Below, piece by piece: positions 39,983-49,479 of a stretch of 64,000 bases of DNA; positions within the stretch are counted from its first letter, which is position 1; the number at the start of each line of letters is the position of its first letter. The position numbers were made by a program, and so were the translations under genes. This DNA is from Infirmifilum sp. (lineage in GTDB: Archaea > Thermoproteota > Thermoprotei > Thermofilales > Thermofilaceae): positions 128,001 through 192,000 of the forward strand of contig JBEULP010000117.1 in NCBI GenBank assembly GCA_041287245.1, written 5' to 3'. The notes under the pieces are model-generated. The model saw nothing but the letters and a program-made list of their open reading frames with translations, ran no database searches and was not told where the DNA came from.

Positions 39983-40421
39983 CATCTCCCAAATCTTTCA
40001 GCTCGAACACGCAGAAACCATCCTTAAAGCTGATAAAGTTTTCACCCGTAGCCGGATACACCCGCCTACCTGTTAAAAAACGTGCACTAGCTGCTGTAAA
40101 AGAAGGTAGAGGACATAGGTCTTTAAGAGGGCACTCATATCCTGGGATCTTGACTCGATAAACATTACCCGCAACTTCCACATCTCCCTTTAGTTTTACC
40201 ACTGAAAGTGCATGCGAAACAGCTTCTGAAATACTATTGGCCTTTTGGTTAAAGAAGAGTTCATGTGCGAAAAGTTCAGCAGCAACTGTAATCTGGCCTC
40301 TCGTCAGACTAAGTTTTTCGTATAGTTTCCTTATGACTCCGATCCATAGCTCAGAGCAGATCGACTCGGACATCAAAATGGGAAATGTTGGGTAGTTTAA
40401 TAATATTTCAGCCCCCTCCAA
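39972..40421 (-). CDS. Hypothetical protein, V4R-like Cys pattern
   Basis: ECP...CP...CVF. Coupled to the aor-moaD operon. Confidence 0.55.
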   Translation of the reverse strand: MEGAEILLNYPTFPILMSESICSELWIGVIRKLYEKLSLTRGQITVAAELFAHELFFNQKANSISEAVSHALSVVKLKGDVEVAGNVYRVKIPGYECPLKDLCPLPSFTAASARFLTGRRVYPATGENFISFKDGFCVFELKDLGDVKA

Positions 40422-40644
40422 TGTGAGGTAAAAGTTTTACCTCATCGTTCTCGCTTACAACATAGTCAGGTTTAACGGAAACATTGTTTACGAGAATGAT
40501 TATTCTGTCTATGATTTGTGCAACACGGGGGTCTACAATGTCCTTTACCTTTTTGGGCGAACCACTACTAATTTCTATTTCCTCTATGTCCTTCCCGGCG
40601 AGCTCAGAAAGGAAACCATAGTAAAAAATTCTTATTTTTCCCAT
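40408..40644 (-). CDS. MoaD/ThiS/SAMP ubiquitin-like sulfur carrier
   Basis: 78 aa, ILVN, DEV.LLP, C-terminal GG. Confidence 0.9.
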   Translation of the reverse strand: MGKIRIFYYGFLSELAGKDIEEIEISSGSPKKVKDIVDPRVAQIIDRIIILVNNVSVKPDYVVSENDEVKLLPHIGGG

Positions 40645-40650
40645 GGGAGA

Positions 40651-42492
40651 TCAATAAGTAATTTTTACAAGTTTTTCGAGGGACTCTTTAACATCATTCA
40701 AGCCCAGCCTCTCAAGCGTGGATGCCCTCGGAATACCACGGTGATCCCATCCTATGAATGAGTAATATGCCCCGAGCATCTCGTCGTATTTTTGGAGATC
40801 GAGTTTTGCACCCTTAAATGGACCTTTGGTGAGCGGACGCGTAAACCATTTTCTAGGTGGATAATCTTTAGTCCTATCCCATCCTCGCCCCTCTACCGTG
40901 TACTCGCGAACCCAGAAAGATCGAATGAGTGTTAACGTCCGCTCAGCAGCCTCTAAGAAGTTATCTAGTGACCAACTTAGCCCAGTGGCTAGGTTAAAAA
41001 GCCTTACATACCAGTCTAGTTCCAAACCAACCTCTACCCAAGGCAACCTACACGCTACAAGCATCTCAAACATTCCACCTCTAATTCTCTGTAACTCGAA
41101 TACTCTGAAGGCTTTCTCTCGTGAATACTCAAACCTCCCATGGGCAACCTCCCACGATATAACCCAGGCATCCTTATGGTGCGCGCCGACAGAGCTAACA
41201 CCGTATGAAAGTGCCATAGCTGGTGCGCTATGACAGTCATAGGCTGATACGCTCAAGCCTTTTACGTGGACGGCAAGCTCCTCAGCTCCTAGTTTGCTAG
41301 CAGCATACTCTAAGCCATTAGATAGCAGTTCCCCGAGGCCTCTCCGAAAGACAATATCCTCTGACAACCTAAGCATATCCTCAAAATCTCCGAAAGATAT
41401 TTTCTCGGAAACAATGCCTTTCTCAGAAGCTTCAGCGGCAAATCCTAAGACTGAGCCTAGTCCTATTGTATCAATTCCCCACATGTCAGCCAGCCTATTC
41501 AGTCTCGCAACTTTCGTTAGATCGCTTATACCAATGTTAGAGCCAAGCATTGCTACATTTTCGTAGTCGAGCTCGGACACCTCTCCCAAATCGTCAAGAA
41601 TGTAGTTCCCACAGACCATGTTGCAGTTAGGGCATCCTCTCTGACCCTTCTTAACTTTCTCCATAGCGTTACCGTCTATCTTCTCGCTGTACTCGAAAAC
41701 CCCTTCACTGAAGTTATAGGTTGGCAGAACACTGTTAGCCTGTGACCATTGAACTGTAGACATTGTACCCTGACGCATCCAAAACGAGTAACCTGGCTTT
41801 CTCTTGATCTCCGAGTATGCTTGTGCCGCCACTCTCCTATACTCCTCAGCATCGTATAGCTCGATGGGCTTCTCGCCAGTAAAGACTACAGCTTTAAGTT
41901 TCTTACTACCCATTACGGCGCCAATCCCAGGTCTTCCCCCGCTTCTTCCTTCTTGCGAGATGATTGTGGCAAGTTTAACCATATTCTCTCCAGCCGGTCC
42001 AATCACCAGTGCACCAGCGTTCTTACCGTGTCTCTCGTATAGGATCCTCTCGGTGGTGAAAGTGTCTTTCCCCCAGAGGTCATCTGCTGGGTTAAACTCA
42101 ACGTTTCTCTCATTTATATTGATGTAAACGGGCTTTTCAGACTTTCCAGTAATAGCCACAGCATCGTATCCTGAAAAACGGAGATGCAAAGCGGCTCTGC
42201 TTCCTAAGTTTCCGTCACCATATCCATGGGTTAGTGGACTTTTGGCTGCAACTACAACCTTTCCAGTGCTTGGACCCGGTAAGCCCGTTAGGGGGCCTGT
42301 AGCTATTACCAGAATGTTTTCTGGGGATAGGGGATCCACGCCCGGTGGAAGATAATCCCATAATAACCTGGCTGCAAAGCCTCTTCCACCAATATATTTT
42401 TGGGCAAATGCACCGTCAAACTCCTGTGTTTTGGTTTTTTTGCCTGTAAGGTCGATCCAGAGTATTTTCCCGTTCCACCCTTTTTGCATCAT
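40651..42492 (-). CDS. Tungsten-containing aldehyde:ferredoxin oxidoreductase family (AOR/FOR)
   Basis: IGGRG, KSPLT, IGPAGE, GR.G.GAVMGSK.LKA, C..C...C, DYE, GIDTI, GWD.RG.P. Confidence 0.95.
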   Translation of the reverse strand: MMQKGWNGKILWIDLTGKKTKTQEFDGAFAQKYIGGRGFAARLLWDYLPPGVDPLSPENILVIATGPLTGLPGPSTGKVVVAAKSPLTHGYGDGNLGSRAALHLRFSGYDAVAITGKSEKPVYININERNVEFNPADDLWGKDTFTTERILYERHGKNAGALVIGPAGENMVKLATIISQEGRSGGRPGIGAVMGSKKLKAVVFTGEKPIELYDAEEYRRVAAQAYSEIKRKPGYSFWMRQGTMSTVQWSQANSVLPTYNFSEGVFEYSEKIDGNAMEKVKKGQRGCPNCNMVCGNYILDDLGEVSELDYENVAMLGSNIGISDLTKVARLNRLADMWGIDTIGLGSVLGFAAEASEKGIVSEKISFGDFEDMLRLSEDIVFRRGLGELLSNGLEYAASKLGAEELAVHVKGLSVSAYDCHSAPAMALSYGVSSVGAHHKDAWVISWEVAHGRFEYSREKAFRVFELQRIRGGMFEMLVACRLPWVEVGLELDWYVRLFNLATGLSWSLDNFLEAAERTLTLIRSFWVREYTVEGRGWDRTKDYPPRKWFTRPLTKGPFKGAKLDLQKYDEMLGAYYSFIGWDHRGIPRASTLERLGLNDVKESLEKLVKITY

Positions 42493-42584
42493 TTGATATA
42501 AGCAAAGTATTTTTAGTTAAAATTTACCTCGAAAAATTTATAAGAAAGTGAGAAAATACATAACCTCCCGTTGGTGATGGGGCG

Positions 42585-44117
42585 ATGGAGCTTAAAACGG
42601 TGCTCTTACCATACGAGAGTGTACACTACACAGTGATTCTAGATCACTCTGTAGCTAGGAAACTAGATTTAAAGCCAAATGATAGGGTTCGGGTAGAATC
42701 CCGGTCTAAAAGCATTATTGCCACAGTGACTATTGCTAGAGAATTCCCGGTCGACTCCCTAGGGCTCTACATGAATGCAGCGAAGATTCTAGAGGTGAAA
42801 GACGGGGATCTAGTAAACGTTATCCCCACAGAGCCGCCCCGCTCCTTGACTGTGATACGTAAGAAGCTCGCCCGAGGAAAAATTACCTTTGACGAAGCAC
42901 TACAATTAATGAAGGATATTGTAGATGGTGTTCTTAGCGAGATTGAGCTAGCCGCACTTGTAACCGCGATCAACTTTCAAGGGCTTTCCATCGACGAGGC
43001 ATACAATCTGACTGTAGCCATGGTTGAAACAGGAAAAAGGCTATCGCTTAACAGGCCCACAGTTCTTGATAAACATAGTCTAGGCGGCGTTCCCGGTGAC
43101 AAGACAAGTCTCTTGGTTGTTCCAATTATAGCTAGTCTAGGATTTACTATTCCGAAGACCTCTTCTAGAGCAATAACCTCCCCGGCTGGGACGGCTGACA
43201 GGATGGAAGCATTAGCGCCTGTAAATCTTTCGCCAGAAGAAATGATAAGGGTCATAGAGAAAACTAACGGATGCATAGTGTGGGGCGGAGCCCTAAACTT
43301 AGCTCCAGCTGATGACATAATAATCAGGGTGGAATACCCGCTTGGAATTGACCCGTTTTTTGTGCCCTCTATTCTTGCGAAAAAACTGGCAGTGGGATCT
43401 ACGCACGTTGTTCTCGATATTCCAACAGGAAGAGGGACAAAAGCGAGAACACTTGAGGAAGCCCGGAGGATTTCATATGACTTTGTTGAACTAGGTACTA
43501 TGCTTGGATTGAAAATACAAGCCGTGGCCACCTACGCGGAGGAACCTATTGGGTACGCTATTGGTCCCGGCTTAGAGGCTCGTGAAGCCCTACAAGCTTT
43601 ATCAACACTTAAGCCCGTAGACCTGGTTGATAAAGCAGTTAGTCTAGCAGGCACTCTCTTAGAAATGATAGGTATACAAAATGGCTATGAGGCGGCTTTC
43701 GAAGCATTAAAGAATGGCAAGGCTGAACAGAAGTTGAGACAAATAATTGAGGCTCAGGGTGGTGATCCTAAGATAAAGCCTGATGATATACCGCTTGGTG
43801 ATAAGACATTAACAGTTTATGCGGAGGAAGACGGCTTTGTATACTTTATTGATAACCCGCTTATGGCTTTAATCGGTAAAACTGCTGGTGCGCCGCTCGA
43901 GAAGGGCGCTGGGGTCCTACTACACGTAAAAATAGGGGAGAAGGTCAAGGCGGGTGATCCGTTGTTTACTGTGTATTCAACAAGTTCTGTGAAACTCCAG
44001 GCAGTCGAGAAACTCTTAGAATCGTCAAAAGCCGTCGGGATTGGGAAGTTGGCTGGGCGTAAAATGCTTCTGGAGAGAGTAACATTTGCACCTGCTAGGC
44101 CCACATTAGAGAGATGA
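42585..44117 (+). CDS. AMP phosphorylase
   Basis: DKHSLGGVPGDKT, PKTSSRAITSPAGTAD.ME, LAPADD, EAQGG, AGAP..KGAG, plus the archaeal N-terminal extension. Confidence 0.93.
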   Translation: MELKTVLLPYESVHYTVILDHSVARKLDLKPNDRVRVESRSKSIIATVTIAREFPVDSLGLYMNAAKILEVKDGDLVNVIPTEPPRSLTVIRKKLARGKITFDEALQLMKDIVDGVLSEIELAALVTAINFQGLSIDEAYNLTVAMVETGKRLSLNRPTVLDKHSLGGVPGDKTSLLVVPIIASLGFTIPKTSSRAITSPAGTADRMEALAPVNLSPEEMIRVIEKTNGCIVWGGALNLAPADDIIIRVEYPLGIDPFFVPSILAKKLAVGSTHVVLDIPTGRGTKARTLEEARRISYDFVELGTMLGLKIQAVATYAEEPIGYAIGPGLEAREALQALSTLKPVDLVDKAVSLAGTLLEMIGIQNGYEAAFEALKNGKAEQKLRQIIEAQGGDPKIKPDDIPLGDKTLTVYAEEDGFVYFIDNPLMALIGKTAGAPLEKGAGVLLHVKIGEKVKAGDPLFTVYSTSSVKLQAVEKLLESSKAVGIGKLAGRKMLLERVTFAPARPTLER

Positions 44118-44126
44118 GCAAGTAGA

Positions 44127-44588
44127 GTGTCCATCAAGTTTTTTAGACACGGTCTTATTATGGTGGATGTGGGTAGCGTGAATGAGTTTATAAAACTATT
44201 CGCTAATAATCTGACTACGTGGGTTGAGGCTCAAAAAACGTTCCTTAACTCTGCCCGTTCTATCGAATCTGAACTTGAAAATGCGGATAGGCTTGAGCTC
44301 ATACTGGCAACACGTGCCGCCTTTGCTCACATGATTAAAACAATAGATGCTTTTGATAAATGGCTTCAAGACCCATTCATCGTGGGACATATGCCCCGTG
44401 AGATGCTTCTCGAAATACAAAAGAATGTCTGGAATATCTTGATAAAGCTATTAGAGCTTGACATAAAACACACTTCTGATTTTAGGGACAGGCTTCTAAC
44501 TCTCTCGGAAAGCGGTAAGCTAAACCCAATTCTTTTCGCTCCACGCGAAGAGTCGAAAAGAGAGGATCGCTTCCATATAAGCTATTAG
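44127..44588 (+). CDS. DUF2153 family protein
   Basis: WV..Q, ADRLELI..TR.AF.HM..T..AFD.WLQDP...HMP.EML, LD..HTS. The true start may be at 44160. Confidence 0.8.
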   Translation: MSIKFFRHGLIMVDVGSVNEFIKLFANNLTTWVEAQKTFLNSARSIESELENADRLELILATRAAFAHMIKTIDAFDKWLQDPFIVGHMPREMLLEIQKNVWNILIKLLELDIKHTSDFRDRLLTLSESGKLNPILFAPREESKREDRFHISY

Positions 44589-44600
44589 TGAAAGCTTAAG

Positions 44601-46019
44601 GTGCGTAGGGTGGGGTTACGAGAAGTAATCGGTTTCCTTAAGACTGGACAGCTCCTATTAGATATTGATGAAAAAATTTCCTCAGACTACGATGCACCAT
44701 GGTTAACCTTGAAGCTCGCCTCGAAAACGCCTAAAGCTTTATTGTTCTGGCAAGTTGAAGGAAAACAATTCCCATTAGCAACAAACATCTACTATAACAA
44801 AGTTGAAAGAGTCTTTCAAGCTTCTCCAAACACATTGCTTTCTAACTTCAACAAACTTAGCTCCTTTTTACGCGAAATCTCTCCAAGCCCGTCTTCTAAG
44901 ATCGGTGTCCTAGCATCTCTAGCCTGGCTCTCCGACGTCCATCCAAAACTTATCGAAGGTAGCGTTTTCATGAGCCACTCAGGCCTTGAGGTGGATCTTA
45001 CCATTCTGCCTGCTATAAGGCACAGCAGGGATGAAGAGCACCCGGTAATCAAGAACCCCTCGATCTTGCTCTCCGATCCGAACTCGAAGGAGAATATACT
45101 TTTCTCCGAACCCATACAGATAATCGATGAGAAAACCATCCAACTACATCTCCCGAGGAACTCCAGGGCATCCACTTTTATAGAAGACTCGGCTAGACGC
45201 GGAGAGAGTATTAATGTGGCTGTTATGATCGGTGTATCGCCTTATCTACAGCTCGTAACAAAAATGGACTGGCTACCATGGTTTGACAAATATCTTTTGA
45301 CAGGAGCCCTTGCCGGCAAACCCATGAATCTTACTAAGATTGATGGTCTACTCTATGTCCCTATTGACGCTGAAATTATCCTATTAGGAGAGATTGTTCC
45401 AGGAGACGTTCGGCCCGAGGGGAAAATGCTCTACGAGGACATGAAACTCTACGGTGGAAGCCCGATGCCTCTGGCTAGAGTGAAGAAGATACTCTATAAA
45501 CCTTCCTCTGTCTTTTACACGTCAATTACACATCCAGTTTATAGCGACGATTATGCACTCAATAAGCTTCGGGAAAAGTTTTTGCTTGAATATGTAAAAA
45601 ATTTGGCTCCCGATATCACCGATCTTAGCTTTCTGAGTTACGATGCGTATCGAACTCTACTAGTCACTCTAAACAACCCAAGCCGGAGTAGAGTCATAAC
45701 AGTGGGAAGCCTACTTTTTTCATTGGATATCAATCCGTACCTGGATACGATAATTGTGTTAAAGGGCGGGGAGCGGTTAGATAATGTCGAGAACCTGGTT
45801 CCTATTATTCTTTCAAGTATGCAGCCAGACAAAATCATTTACTTCGAATCTTCACCTGAAGAGGATTCTCTTCGACCTGAAAGAAAAGGAAAAGTTATAA
45901 TTGATGCTACCAGCGTCCACATAGGTTACTTAGACAAGGAGTCTGAGTTTAGGGCAATTGCTCCTGAAAAACTTCAAAACATTTATGAGAAGCTTATGCG
46001 AGAAGCTCTGGGTGAGTAG
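44601..46019 (+). CDS. UbiD-family protein with divergent catalytic motifs
   Basis: VDL..LP, VAVMIG..P, VP.DAEI.L.G, EG, K.IIDAT give the UbiD framework. The N-x-G-x-Y-R and EGPFG(E/D) motifs are degenerate. Confidence 0.75.
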   Translation: MRRVGLREVIGFLKTGQLLLDIDEKISSDYDAPWLTLKLASKTPKALLFWQVEGKQFPLATNIYYNKVERVFQASPNTLLSNFNKLSSFLREISPSPSSKIGVLASLAWLSDVHPKLIEGSVFMSHSGLEVDLTILPAIRHSRDEEHPVIKNPSILLSDPNSKENILFSEPIQIIDEKTIQLHLPRNSRASTFIEDSARRGESINVAVMIGVSPYLQLVTKMDWLPWFDKYLLTGALAGKPMNLTKIDGLLYVPIDAEIILLGEIVPGDVRPEGKMLYEDMKLYGGSPMPLARVKKILYKPSSVFYTSITHPVYSDDYALNKLREKFLLEYVKNLAPDITDLSFLSYDAYRTLLVTLNNPSRSRVITVGSLLFSLDINPYLDTIIVLKGGERLDNVENLVPIILSSMQPDKIIYFESSPEEDSLRPERKGKVIIDATSVHIGYLDKESEFRAIAPEKLQNIYEKLMREALGE

Positions 46020-46308
46020 CCCTAACACTCCTACAAATCTCGCAGAGGAGATCTGAGCCTGTTGTTTTCTTCTCCAAAAACAAGTGGGTGAGTTCTCGAA
46101 TTTTTTCCTCAAGTTCTGGTATTTTCTCTCTCGTTGCCCACTTTCCCCTCTGCTGATTGATGTAACGGCTGATGCTGGATTGGCTCACACCTAGCAATCT
46201 TGCGATTTGAAGCTCAGTTAAACCAAGGTCTTCGTACATATACCTGACAACCATACCTCTAATACTGGGCAAAAGTTTCTTACCTACTCTTTCACATGGC
46301 GCCTGCAT
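45994..46308 (-). CDS. HTH transcriptional regulator (COG2522/ThiR N-terminal type)
   Basis: PCE.....LPSIR, IARLLGVSQSSISRY...RG, C..C near the C-terminus. Confidence 0.85.
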   Translation of the reverse strand: MQAPCERVGKKLLPSIRGMVVRYMYEDLGLTELQIARLLGVSQSSISRYINQQRGKWATREKIPELEEKIRELTHLFLEKKTTGSDLLCEICRSVRATHPELLA

Positions 46309-46536
46309 CGCGACTACACCATAATTTCGATATGACACCGGCAATAAATATGTTGCTATGAGAAGGCTTATTTATTCTAAAAAATCTCTGTTCAAAATAC
46401 CCCCTAGGTCACCCATTGAAGCAATAAATCTCTTTTTACAAAAAACGAAAAGCTTTCAACGCAAAGACAAAAGAAGAGAATTTTGAGGCACAAAGGATAT
46501 ATACCTCCTATGAGAATGATCTATTGGTGAAAACCA

Positions 46537-46698
46537 GTGCCCGAAAAAATAATGGCATACTGCGTTAAATGCCGCAAACAAGTTGAAATGAAAAACCCGC
46601 AGCAGGTAACTCTTAAGAACGGCAGGCTCGCCTACAGGGGCACCTGCCCTAACTGTGGCACTACCGTTTACAGGTTTATCGGCAGAGTTAAACAGTAA
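46537..46698 (+). CDS. DUF5679-like small basic zinc-finger protein (53 aa; not in ORF track)
   Basis: MPEKIMAYCVKCRKQVEMKNPQQVTLKNGRLAYRGTCPNCGTTVYRFIGRVKQ. GGTGA RBS at 46526-46530. Confidence 0.88.
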   Translation: MPEKIMAYCVKCRKQVEMKNPQQVTLKNGRLAYRGTCPNCGTTVYRFIGRVKQ

Positions 46699-46767
46699 AA
46701 AACTGGAAAATAAGGGAATACATCAAAAATATATTGCCTTTTTCTCATTATTCTCGTGATGATGTAG

Positions 46768-47265
46768 ATGAGTAAGGATATAACGCTTACTGAGAAGCTT
46801 GAACTTATGATCCCTGGCTTCAGAGGTTACAAACAAAAAGAGCTTATACGAGAAGATGATGCTCTTGTACGCCGTAAAATCGCATCTATTCTTGACGATG
46901 CGCGTGTGAAGATTGAGAGGCTCATCTCCTCCGTCAAGAAGAAAAATATATCGGTAGCGCTCCGGCTAGACGACTTAAGGCTCGAGTTAATGAAGGCATC
47001 GCAAATGATAAAGCATGCTAGCTATGGGTACTCCGGGCTCTTTGATCGAGTTAAGATTGAGGATAAGGAGCTTCAAACATTGTTAGAGTATGACTATAAG
47101 CTACTAACCCAGGCGTCTAAAATTATGGAAAAAGTTCTTGAAATGTCTGTTGCTCCAGATCAAGAGTTGATGGAAAAGGTAAATGCGACGATAGACCTTG
47201 TAAGGCAACTTGAAGATGACATAACTTCACGTGAACAACTATTTAAAGGTGAGGTGACACAGTAG
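46768..47265 (+). CDS. Conserved helical hypothetical protein
   Basis: IPGFRGYK.KE..RE.D..VR, GYSG.FD.VKI...EL..L..YD. First gene of the SPFH operon. Confidence 0.8.
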   Translation: MSKDITLTEKLELMIPGFRGYKQKELIREDDALVRRKIASILDDARVKIERLISSVKKKNISVALRLDDLRLELMKASQMIKHASYGYSGLFDRVKIEDKELQTLLEYDYKLLTQASKIMEKVLEMSVAPDQELMEKVNATIDLVRQLEDDITSREQLFKGEVTQ

Positions 47266-48254
47266 TGTCTAAGGCGTCTCTACCGGTAATAAGATGGGTT
47301 AACCCCTCCCCAGACGACATTGTTTGGCGTTACCCCAATGATGATATAATGCTAGGTTCTGTGGTGGTGGTCGAAGAATACCAAGTTGTGGTCTTCTTCC
47401 GTGATGGCAAAGCATACGATGTTCTAGGACCCGGCAGGCATGTTTTATCCACCCTTAATATTCCACTTTTTGTTGGAGCATACAAAATCGCATACTCCGA
47501 GACACCATTCAAGGCAACAATCATCTTTGTAAGCCTAAAACAGTTTCAAGGTAAATTTGGAGGACAGACGCAAACCCAGGATTTAGCCCCCCTAAAATTC
47601 TACGGTAGTTTCTGGTTTAGAGTTTCTGATCCTAAACTTTTCGTCGTGGAGGTCGTAGGCGGCCAAAGGGCCTACGACACAGAATCGGTAAACAAGTTTC
47701 TAAGAGGCTACTTCTTAGAAAATGCTATGACTTCTCTGAGTAAGTACAAGCTTGCTGATGTATTCTCTAGTGTTGATAAGGTCACAGCTGAGCTTAAGTT
47801 CGATCTCCTAGAACCCTTCAGGCGCATTGGGCTCGAGCTAATAGACATAAAGATGGAAGGCTTAGACACCACTCCAGAGTACCGCGACAGGATATTTTGG
47901 ATTACACAAACAGGGACTCCCACCGAAGTTATGCGTATGGATACGGTTAAGAGCGTAGCACAAGAACTAGGAAAATCCCCAGGTGCCTCCATCGGTACAG
48001 GAATGGTTATAGTGCCTCCACTACTGTATCCTCAGGCTCCGCCACAGCCTGCACCTGCCCCGGCCGCCACACAGCAACCCGTATCTACCCCGGCTCAAGG
48101 CATACAATGCCCCAAGTGTGGAACAATAAATCCTCCAGGCGCAAAGTTCTGTTATAACTGTGGAACGCCTCTAACTAAAAAGTGTCCCAAGTGTGGTAAC
48201 GATGTCCCGTTAAATGCCAGGTTCTGTCCCTATTGTGGTAATCCATTTTCATAG
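47265..48254 (+). CDS. SPFH (band 7) domain protein with P/A/Q linker and double zinc ribbon
   Basis: IVWRYP, V.E.Q..VF.RDGK..D...PG.H.L.T.NIP, C-terminal four CxxC pairs. Confidence 0.9.
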   Translation: MSKASLPVIRWVNPSPDDIVWRYPNDDIMLGSVVVVEEYQVVVFFRDGKAYDVLGPGRHVLSTLNIPLFVGAYKIAYSETPFKATIIFVSLKQFQGKFGGQTQTQDLAPLKFYGSFWFRVSDPKLFVVEVVGGQRAYDTESVNKFLRGYFLENAMTSLSKYKLADVFSSVDKVTAELKFDLLEPFRRIGLELIDIKMEGLDTTPEYRDRIFWITQTGTPTEVMRMDTVKSVAQELGKSPGASIGTGMVIVPPLLYPQAPPQPAPAPAATQQPVSTPAQGIQCPKCGTINPPGAKFCYNCGTPLTKKCPKCGNDVPLNARFCPYCGNPFS

Positions 48255-48263
48255 GGAGCAAAT

Positions 48264-48593
48264 ATGCGATTCTCTACGCTTCTAACAATAGTCGCCTGGG
48301 GTGTTTTACTCGTAGCAATAGGATTAGGGGTGATTAAAGGCTACGAGGTTTTACCCTCGGTAATACTCGTCTTCGGTCTCACAATAATGTTCAAGGCTCT
48401 GAGCATACCCTGTCAAAAAGAAAAATGCCCTAGTAGAGGATTCTGGCTTTTATGGGCTGTCATTTTTCTCGAAATTGGAGGCCTAATAGAACTCTACAAG
48501 TTTTACTCCTCCCCGCCACTTATTATTGGACTCCTCCTTATCATATTAGGGATAATAGGGTTTATCATTGACAAGAGGTACTCTATTTTTTAA
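48264..48593 (+). CDS. Small four-TM membrane protein
   Basis: Hydrophobic 109 aa with a GGAG RBS. Third gene of the SPFH operon. Confidence 0.7.
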   Translation: MRFSTLLTIVAWGVLLVAIGLGVIKGYEVLPSVILVFGLTIMFKALSIPCQKEKCPSRGFWLLWAVIFLEIGGLIELYKFYSSPPLIIGLLLIILGIIGFIIDKRYSIF

Positions 48594-49392
48594 TGGTAGG
48601 ACTCTCCGTAGCTGTAATTTCTCCTCCTAGTTTTCTAGCCTGTTCCACGATGAATTTGAAACATTTTTCCAGTTCTGAGAAATATTTTCTCCCAAAAGAT
48701 GTTATATGTATTTCAATTACAGGAGCTCCAAGCTCAAATCCCTTTGGGTGGCTCTTAATATAAACCCCTTTAAATTTCTCCATAGCTTCTCTCACATATG
48801 GTGCAAACTCGGACTCTGGAACGCCCCTGATGATTACGGAAGCTTCGTATGATTCAACTTTGCCAAATGTTTTCTCAATAATTCTCTGAACATGAGTTTT
48901 AAAGACAGCCTCGGCTTCCCGAGGTGGACCTGGAAGTACGAAAATAAGTGTTCCTTTGTGTCTTATATAAACGCCTGGTGCGGTGCCTACAGTGTTTTCA
49001 AGTGAAGTGGCTCCGAGAGGTAGGTAGGCCATTTTTACTCTTTCAGGCGTTAGTTGTAATCCTCTAGAAGCGTATTTCTCCTTGATAGAGGCTAAAGCTT
49101 GTGGGTCTAGAACAAGGGGGAGGTTTAACGCTCGTGCTAGGCCCTCGACGGTCTTGTCATCAAAGGTTGGTCCAAGGCCCCCTGTTGAAATTATTACTTG
49201 GGGCCTCTTGGCTAAAGCGTTTCTAAACGCCTCCGCTATTGCTAAAACACTATCCTGCACCGACACACATTCTTCAACGAGAAAGCCAAGCGCTGTCAGC
49301 TCCTTTGATAACCACTGCGCGTTTGTATTTAGAACTTTTCCTATTAGGAGCTCATTACCTATACTAAGGATTATCCCTCTATTTAAAAACAT
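48583..49392 (-). CDS. CinA N-terminal-like (molybdopterin-binding fold) protein
   Basis: IGNELL.G...NTN..WL, TGGLGPTFDD.T, N.VGTAPG, LPGPP.E, YIKSHP.G.E. Confidence 0.88.
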   Translation of the reverse strand: MFLNRGIILSIGNELLIGKVLNTNAQWLSKELTALGFLVEECVSVQDSVLAIAEAFRNALAKRPQVIISTGGLGPTFDDKTVEGLARALNLPLVLDPQALASIKEKYASRGLQLTPERVKMAYLPLGATSLENTVGTAPGVYIRHKGTLIFVLPGPPREAEAVFKTHVQRIIEKTFGKVESYEASVIIRGVPESEFAPYVREAMEKFKGVYIKSHPKGFELGAPVIEIHITSFGRKYFSELEKCFKFIVEQARKLGGEITATESPTIKK

Positions 49393-49479
49393 GAAAATAG
49401 CGTCAGCCTCTAGTTTACTCGTCATCTTTTCAGCCGTCTCTTCCATCATCACATCAATAGCGTAATACCAGTCTCCCTC

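Noticed and set aside
48012..48110. Low-complexity C-rich stretch as a DNA repeat
   Set aside because: It encodes the Pro/Ala/Gln linker of the SPFH protein.
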